Below, in pieces: positions 56,100 to 64,000 of a stretch of 64,000 nucleotides of DNA. A program made the position numbers and the translations under genes. How positions within the stretch are numbered: position 1 is the stretch's first letter; every line of letters begins with the position of its first letter. Origin of the DNA: Eledone cirrhosa (taxonomy: Eukaryota); contig OZ024746.1 of the NCBI GenBank assembly GCA_964016885.1, positions 74,214,001-74,278,000 on the forward strand, written 5' to 3'. The notes under the pieces were generated by a model, which did no database searches, was not told the DNA's origin, and saw nothing but the letters and a program-made list of their open reading frames with translations.

Positions 56100-56700
56100 C
56101 CTAGTCATTATGTGTTAAGATAACAACAATAACAGGTGAAGAACTCCTGCCTTGAAAGCTTCGTTTTCCTCTTATCACTTTGGACATCAACTCTATTGTT
56201 TCTACGTGCAAGGCAACCCTCCAAGCACCGATACAACATATTCATGCAACTCAGAATAACCTGCATAAACTGTTTGACAGTTATAAAGACAAGAGCATCA
56301 ATGACATACTGCGCTCATTTACGACTCTAGCAACTACATTTTTCATCAAGAATGATTTGGACCTCGGCAAGAAACTTTCCGGAAAGAAATTTGGCAGCGT
56401 GATATCCGTTGAGGGTGATGACCGATTCAAAACCTGGGAGAATCACTTCAAAAACTTATTAAATGCTGATTCAGCTACTCAGTCCCATAGTGAACTTCTG
56501 AATATCATCGATATGTACACTGTGATAAAACAATGCCAACTAATACAGTCAGAAGTAGTCATTGCAATTCGACAGTTAAAAAAATAAAACGGAAAGGCAC
56601 CAGGCCTGAATAGCATTAGTTAGTTTTAGAAACTCAAATAGGTGTGGAAGAGTCTCCTGAAGTTCTGTAATGAAACATATCATAGAAATCGCCGTGGGGA
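56100..56700 (+). pseudogene. RTE/RTEX-like LINE fragment (EN-RT linker)
   Basis: ORF 56180-56587 has RFKTWENHFKNLLN and SEVVIAIRQLK, then a frameshifted NGKAPGLNSI. Confidence 0.7.
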
Positions 56701-56966
56701 ATCTCGGGACTATTCCAGTTACTGATGTAGCCATTACATAATAAATACCAACCATATCATTGAAATATGTATAATGTAATATATACAATTATCTAAACAT
56801 AACATCTGTCTTAATGTTATTTCGTACATGGAAACGTCGTCGCGTTTGATTGCCATCACAGTGTTGGATATATACGACAGTCGTGGTGTGCTTTTAACTG
56901 CTTGAACAGGATTATCTTCGTGAGACTGCAACGTAACTTTCATAGATAAACACTGCAATAATCAGC

Positions 56967-57046
<80 letters not shown>

Positions 57047-58093
57047 AGAGAGATAGAGAAAGAGAGAGAGAAAGAAAGATAGATAGATAGAGAAATTACA
57101 TATGGTTTATCTACGAAACCTGTAAAATTCGCGAGCAAAACCACTGTTTTTCATGTAAAATCTACCAAGAAACAAACTCTTCCTTGTTGCTTTTGCGCAA
57201 GATATAATTGAACCAATAACGATCATGTTCTAAACCTGCACTTAACGACGCTATTGGTCACGTATTGCAATATGATACAAAATAATACATGAATGAATAA
57301 TAAATAAATACATATACATGAAGTTGATCTCTATAGATGGACTTTCTCTAAGGAGAAATTATATCTAAGTAGCATATTATCTACTGAAATTTTCATAAGT
57401 AAATTTCTTGTCGCCGAAAATTGATAACAGATCAGAAAATATTTTATTAAATTTTCAAGTTGACTTTATCTTATATTTAGAGGTGCGATGAAGCCTACTA
57501 ACTTTATCGCATTTCTTCAAATTATTTTAAGCAATAGTATATAGCTGGCATATTATCGATCAAATAGGTTTAATAAGGAATATCACTGGTCTCACAATAT
57601 TTACAGATAGCACTCAAAAAGATATTGCAATATTTCTTTTCATAAGGGATTTTCAAAAACACTTGAGTGTTAAAATTATATGAAATATTCTCTTTAATAG
57701 CAAGGCGGGCTTTTCTGAAAATGATAGAACATCATAATATCTATCTATTACCCTTGAGACATTGAAAAACCTCAATGTCGCTGCTTGAACTACGATAAAA
57801 AAATTGCGATGTTTGTATCAAATATCATTCTGTCTAATATATAGATGGAGCATATTGCGTAATGTTGTCCTATATATAGCCAGGAAATTTGGTTGCGTAT
57901 CGTTAGAGTGCAACTGATCATAGATCTGCCTGATCAGATTTGACATTCCACAAATCTCACTACCTCTTTTTTTTCTCTCCCTCTCTATCTAATTATCTCC
58001 CCCAACACACACACACAAACACACACAAACACACACACTATATATATATATTTATATAATGTGTGTATATATATATAGAGAGAGGGAGAGATG

Positions 58094-58214
58094 TAGAACA
58101 CTGGAAGGTAATATCTGTAGTGGTAGAGTACTCACTCCACGGGACGAGTTAGGTAGAAGTGGTAACACAACAGTTCACCATACCGAGAACAATTGTTTCA
58201 CCTTAGCGGATCCT
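58094..58214 (-). mobile_element. Mini-element B copy 2
   Basis: Reverse complement of 12823-12945; ends at AGGATCC against (TA)n. Confidence 0.8.
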
Positions 58215-58235
58215 ATATATATATGTGTGTGTGTT

Positions 58236-58333
<98 letters not shown>

Positions 58334-58398
58334 GCAAACTCTACGTGAGCTGATAATCTACTGTGTGTAATATTTATATTACAACACAACGGAAAATA

Positions 58399-58482
<84 letters not shown>

Positions 58483-58485
58483 ATG

Positions 58486-58532
<47 letters not shown>

Positions 58533-58591
58533 ATATATATATGTGTGTGTATATATATATATATGTATGTATGTATATATATATATATATA

Positions 58592-58777
58592 GCAGAGTAT
58601 AAAAGTTTTAATATAGATGAGATTCTACAGGACTAGAACTGTTTCATTCTTTAGAAATCATCAGGAAATAAAACAGTTCTAGTCCTGTAGAATCTCACCT
58701 ATATTAAAACTTTTATACTCTGCAATGTATTGAGTACCTTACTTACTGTGGTTACCTCCGATTCAACCCGGAATAAC

Positions 58778-58778
<1 letters not shown>
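58592..58778 (+). mobile_element. Hairpin mini-element C (53-bp arms plus tail) with hammerhead core in the loop
   Basis: Arms 58592-58644 and 58671-58723. The minus strand reads CTGATGA (58658-58664)-t-TTC-taaa-GAA-t-GAAA-CAGTTC. (TA)n flanks. Confidence 0.75.
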
Positions 58779-58853
<75 letters not shown>

Positions 58854-60320
58854 GAATATATATATATACAAACACGCATACTCATTATGTCATTCATACA
58901 TATTCACATATTCACTTTATCATGAAGATAATATATAGAATATCGTGGAATTTACGCATTGTTTTCCATTTTTAAGAATTAATAAAAAGAAATATTCTTA
59001 TCTCTACAAAAGTAAAAATATCACCTAAGATAAAATATGAAATTCACATTTCCCCTTTAAACATGAGTAGAGAATTACCAAAAACCCAAATATTAACTTG
59101 ATAATAAAAATATATAGAAATGATAGGGAGAAAAGTAAACAGAGGTGGCAAAATAAAGAATGAATAGAGAATTTAAATATAGATATTGATAAAATATAAA
59201 CTTATTCTTGGGTAATAGAAGTGTCAGATAAGGAAAGAAAATGAAGTTTACCTAAAATGTCGGTGTATGAAGATGGTTTATAATCTGGATGTCATTTCAG
59301 TACTCAATCCGTAGCATTTGTTTTTGATATATTCTGTTAATATCAAAGTCATTTTCGTCGTCGTTATGAAAGTGTTTTTAGTTATGTAAGATAAACGTCG
59401 TTGTGTTTGGTAATTATGTGTGATAATTTTAAGATTAAATAAGTTATACACACCAGTCTGTACGTACAGCCCATCATTGGAACATTAATTGTATTTTAAT
59501 AGCAAAATGAACTAAGCTGATGTGGTTTGGAAATATAATCAGCTGAATTGTAAGTAAATGCTTTGAGATGAAGTAGAAAGATGATGGCAGCTACACGTGA
59601 TAAACTTTGAAGGAAGAATCACCCTTTAATATAAAGGTATTACAAACTTCTCTATAAACATTTACATATACATAAAACGCCTGTACGAATACAATCAAAG
59701 CACCTAAACTGGTCTTAGTTCGGCTATCGATATTTTCTGGGCATATCCAAAGTCTAACTTTCTAAGGCTACGAAGCCACTGTTGAACTTGTACTATTTTC
59801 ACCTTATAGATAAAATTGTTTTCAGCGCGCTGACGCGTATGTGTATATGTGTGTGCGTGCCTGTATTTATATGTATGAGCATACAAATATAAACTCGCAA
59901 ACACAGACACAATTACAAAAATACACACTCACAGACATACATTCATACAAACGCACACATACATACATTTACACACATATACATACATATACATACACTC
60001 ACACTCAGCGTAGCAAATGGAACGCCAGGAACGGTTTTGCTTGGGTTTTTTCCAGCATTTCCTTCCTTCTTTTAACACTCGTTTACATTCACACAAACAC
60101 ATAATCACACACACACATACTCACACACATGCACACACACACTCACACACACACACACACACACAAACACATTGTATGACGAACTTATATATAGATTTAC
60201 CCCGTAGTAAGCTTTTTTTTCTCAATATTGCTTTAACATAGTTTGTAAATATCGGTATTAGCTTAATATCCTTTTCTCCTTACATACCTTTTGTGGGTTT
60301 ATGCCTGCTTTATTCCGTGA

Positions 60321-60660
60321 AGGCTCATAGCTTAGTAGTTAGAGCATTAGGCTTGCAATCGGAAGGTTGTTTGTTCGATTCTTCGACCTGGTGATGCGTT
60401 GTGTTCTTGAGAAAGACACTTTATTTCACGTTGCTCCAGTTTACTCGACTGTAGAAATGAGTTGTGACGTCACTGGTATCAAGCTGTATCAACCAATGCC
60501 TTTCCCTTGAACATCATCAGTGGTATGGAGAGGGGAGGCTGGTATATATAGGCAACTGCTGGTCTTCCACAAACAACCTTGCCCAGACTTGTGCCCCGGA
60601 GGGAAACTTTCTAGGTGCAAATCTCATGATCATTCGAGACCGAAGGGGGTTTTTACCTTT
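60321..60660 (+). mobile_element. Full-length tRNA-derived SINE (CORE/Meta-like domain)
   Basis: A box tagcttagtagtt, B box tgttcgattct, then gttgtgttcttgagaaagacactttatttcacgttgctccag. Confidence 0.8.
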
Positions 60661-60905
60661 TTTTTTTTTACATGTTTGTAGATCTAAATTCCGATATTTC
60701 ATAACAGTTAACTTGTGTAAGGGCGAAATCTCTATGTGTATGTCATAAATGTATATAACTTTTCATGTCAGAATTTAGGTGTTGTGTTCTAAATGGCATC
60801 ATTTTAAAAAAATTTCTGTATTGCTTTGCTATATTTAGTGTTTAGATGAAAGTCTAACTATTATCTATTACACACACACACACACACATGCACACACACT
60901 CATAT

Positions 60906-61012
<107 letters not shown>

Positions 61013-61014
61013 CA

Positions 61015-61400
61015 TAATTGCTGTTGGATGCTTAAAGCGTCCGTAAGCGGTAGGCCGTTTGAGCCGAGTATGATATCACATAAGAAACGGAGAGTCATTG
61101 TTGCGACGAATAAAATTTATTGGACATATTACAATTGTTTCTCTGGCAACCAGCTCGAGGCACGATCGATGTAATGATCGAACCTGACTCTGAAATCGCA
61201 AGGTCCTCAGATATGTCTCGATTCTACGAAGCAGAGTTTCCAAAATGGAATCTAGACATATCTGAGGAGCTTGCGATTTCAAAGTCAGGTTCGATGATTA
61301 CATCGATCGTGCTTCGAGCTGGTCGCCAGAGAAACGATTGTAATATATCCAATAAATTTTATTCGTCGCAATAATGACTCTCCGTTTCTTATGTGATATA
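61015..61400. mobile_element. Mini-element D as a large inverted repeat (~150-bp arms) with hammerheads on both strands
   Basis: Arms 61073-61224 and 61248-61399; microsatellite flanks. Confidence 0.85.
61123..61217 (-). ncRNA. Type I hammerhead ribozyme (complete motif)
   Basis: Stem I GACATAT/ATATGTC (7 bp), core CTGAGGA, extended stem II, GAAA, palindromic ACAATTGT stem III, and GUA cleavage triplet (61130-61132). Confidence 0.7.
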
Positions 61401-61599
61401 TATATATATATATATATATATTTATGTCTGGTCTTTATTCATACCTTGTTGTGGGTTTGCGCCTGCTTTTATTCCGTACAATTGAATCGTCACTGTTTTC
61501 CTCGTCGAAACATTATTAGTCGTAATATCGGAATGCTCTACGGAAGTGTGAAATATCATGAATTTCATTGAAGTTAGGGTGTCGTGGTATTAGAGTGAA

Positions 61600-62340
61600 T
61601 GTTATTCCCTTTCAGAGGATTTTAATTTGTTGGTTGAGATGTTTATATTCCATAGATTGATTAATTGCGGCTTTCATGATCGATTTGTACCACCAAGTTT
61701 CGTCGGTTTTATCGACTTCTTCAACAAAATGATCTTTCAATATTAGTTCTTTTCCAGTTATTCCTGTATCTGATGGCTTTTTCTGTGTTATTGTGTAATC
61801 TATTAAAGTGGTTTCAGATGTTCTTAGGTTAGGATTGTTTTTGGTCTTGTCTGGAATTGTTTGCGGTTTGTTCATTTCTGTATGTTGGTATCTACGATTT
61901 CGGACCATGTGTAAGGAGGATTTGGGTTCTTTTGGTGGGATCACTATGATATCTAAATATCTAGGAATTGTCTCTATAGCTTTGGTGAGTCTAGGTTTGA
62001 TATCCTGGTACTGGTTGGAAGAATGGTTCGTGAATTTTGTATATTTAACCATTTTTCATTAATGGGTTATTAGCATGGTTTTCAGTTGTAAATTTCCTTT
62101 AATAATTGTTGAACCATAGAACATTGTTTCCCATCGCCAAAGAGATATTAGTTTTTCATTTCCACAACTTTCTTTCCAAAGTATGTGGGCCCTTTCATGG
62201 AGTAGTACTGCAGATCTTTTTGAAATTTCCATTTCCATTTGTTGGTCCAATGATTTGAGTTTTTCCTCGTTGGAGTTGTTTCTAAACCGTAATCATTTTA
62301 TCACCCTTTTTAATTTATCGGAAGCCTTAGTTTCCCTATG
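61600..62340 (-). pseudogene. Disrupted coding-like remnant of unknown (probably retroelement) origin
   Basis: Adjacent non-repetitive ORFs 62059-62250 and 61612-62052 with an A-rich coding strand; no diagnostic motif recognised. Confidence 0.3.
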
Positions 62341-62421
62341 ATTTCTTGGTATTCATTCCGGAAAGGTCTTATTTGATGATTTTTTTAGGAAGAATGATCG
62401 CCGATGAATAGAGCCACTTTT

Positions 62422-62496
<75 letters not shown>

Positions 62497-63044
62497 GCTT
62501 TGCTGTTATTTTACGGGGCGGTATATTGGTAACAGGTTTAAGGCTGTCATATAATTTTGGCTCTTTATGTTCCAATACCTGTCTTGAAAACATTGCATTT
62601 TATCCTCCGTGATAGATAATATAGGCTACAAGAAACGTACTAGAATCAGTTAAAAAGGATGATACCAGCCAGGAAATTGCTGGCCTCCTGGCTAAATTTG
62701 AAGCTTTATTATATATTGTATTGTTGATTTTTACCTCACATATTAATAATTCAATAATTATGTCTTGTATTTTATACACACCAAACAAACACATTTCCTT
62801 CTTTACTTCTTCATGTATTGCCCCTTGGTGTTCGTCCTGAATGTTTATTAACTCCCTTTTGTTTTGTCATTTCTCCTTTTGTTATTTCTCAGTTTCTCTT
62901 TTTGCAACTCCCTCTCTTTCTGCCTTTGTTCCCTTCATCCTTACTTTCATTATTTCTTTCCGCCTTTCATTTGTTTCGTTCGATCAACTTCCTTTCTTTA
63001 AAGTTGAACTAATACACTGTATAGGTGAAGATGTGTGTTTTATA

Positions 63045-63100
<56 letters not shown>

Positions 63101-63119
63101 AACCCTAGTACTTACGAAC

Positions 63120-63154
<35 letters not shown>

Positions 63155-63343
63155 TATATCATATATATATATATATATATATATATTCATATATGTATGT
63201 GTATGTGTATGTATTATGCAGACATGTATATCATCACTTACACATATATGTGTGCGTGTACGTGAGTGGGAGTTTGTTTGTGTATGAGTGTGTGTGTGAG
63301 TATGAGTATGAGTGTTTGTGTGTGTGTGTGTGTGCGTGTGTGT

Positions 63344-63438
<95 letters not shown>

Positions 63439-63586
63439 TGTGTATCTGTGTGTTTAGATCAGTGAGCAACAATTTAAAATACACATTTATTATCCAAATA
63501 CATATAAACACGTACATATAGCAACAAATAATGCACATATATAAAGGCATAGTTTTCGTTGCTTTTCATTTATTTCATTATCGTAA

Positions 63587-63620
<34 letters not shown>

Positions 63621-63951
63621 TTTATAATTTTTCATGCAGTGATGAAATATTTCCACACCAACCAGCATCATGCAACCATCAGCATCATCGCCGTACATTA
63701 AAGATTAAGAACGATGGGCAAAGAAGAAACCTATTAACGATAATGTGTATTGGTAATGAAAATAGTTAGAAAATACACATAAATTTAAAATACTTGAAAG
63801 ATATCAAGACCGAAAAGGCGAGAAGGAGGGTAGATGGTATGGATACAGCTCCTATCACTTTGTATATATGAGTATGTGTATGCACGAGTTTATGACATAT
63901 ATGTATATATATATGTGCATGTGTATTAGTGTATATATATATATATATGTA

Positions 63952-63989
<38 letters not shown>

Positions 63990-64000
63990 CATAATATACA

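Overview
AT-rich, microsatellite-saturated animal genomic DNA, either intergenic or intronic. The repeat content (Deu/Nin-like and CORE-like tRNA SINEs, RTE, R4/Dong, Tx1 and Penelope-like remnants, huge (TA)n/(CA)n/(GA)n tracts) resembles an octopus/coleoid genome; this is an inference. No host protein-coding exon could be supported, and nearly all ORFs in the track are microsatellite artefacts. Recognisable coding remnants are all from transposons: a DD37D (maT) transposase, Penelope RT and GIY-YIG fragments, RTE, R4/Dong, L1/Tx1 and mariner pieces. The most interesting signal is a set of several unrelated short non-coding elements that sit inside (TA)n tracts and fold into long hairpins. 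They carry minimal type I hammerhead ribozyme motifs (CTGANGA...GAAA with a palindromic stem III), and several share an ACTC-Nx-GAGT terminal hairpin. They look like non-autonomous Penelope-like or retrozyme-like elements. A tandem pair of ~600-bp bipartite RTE-derived elements is also present. All calls were made by eye, so boundaries are approximate.
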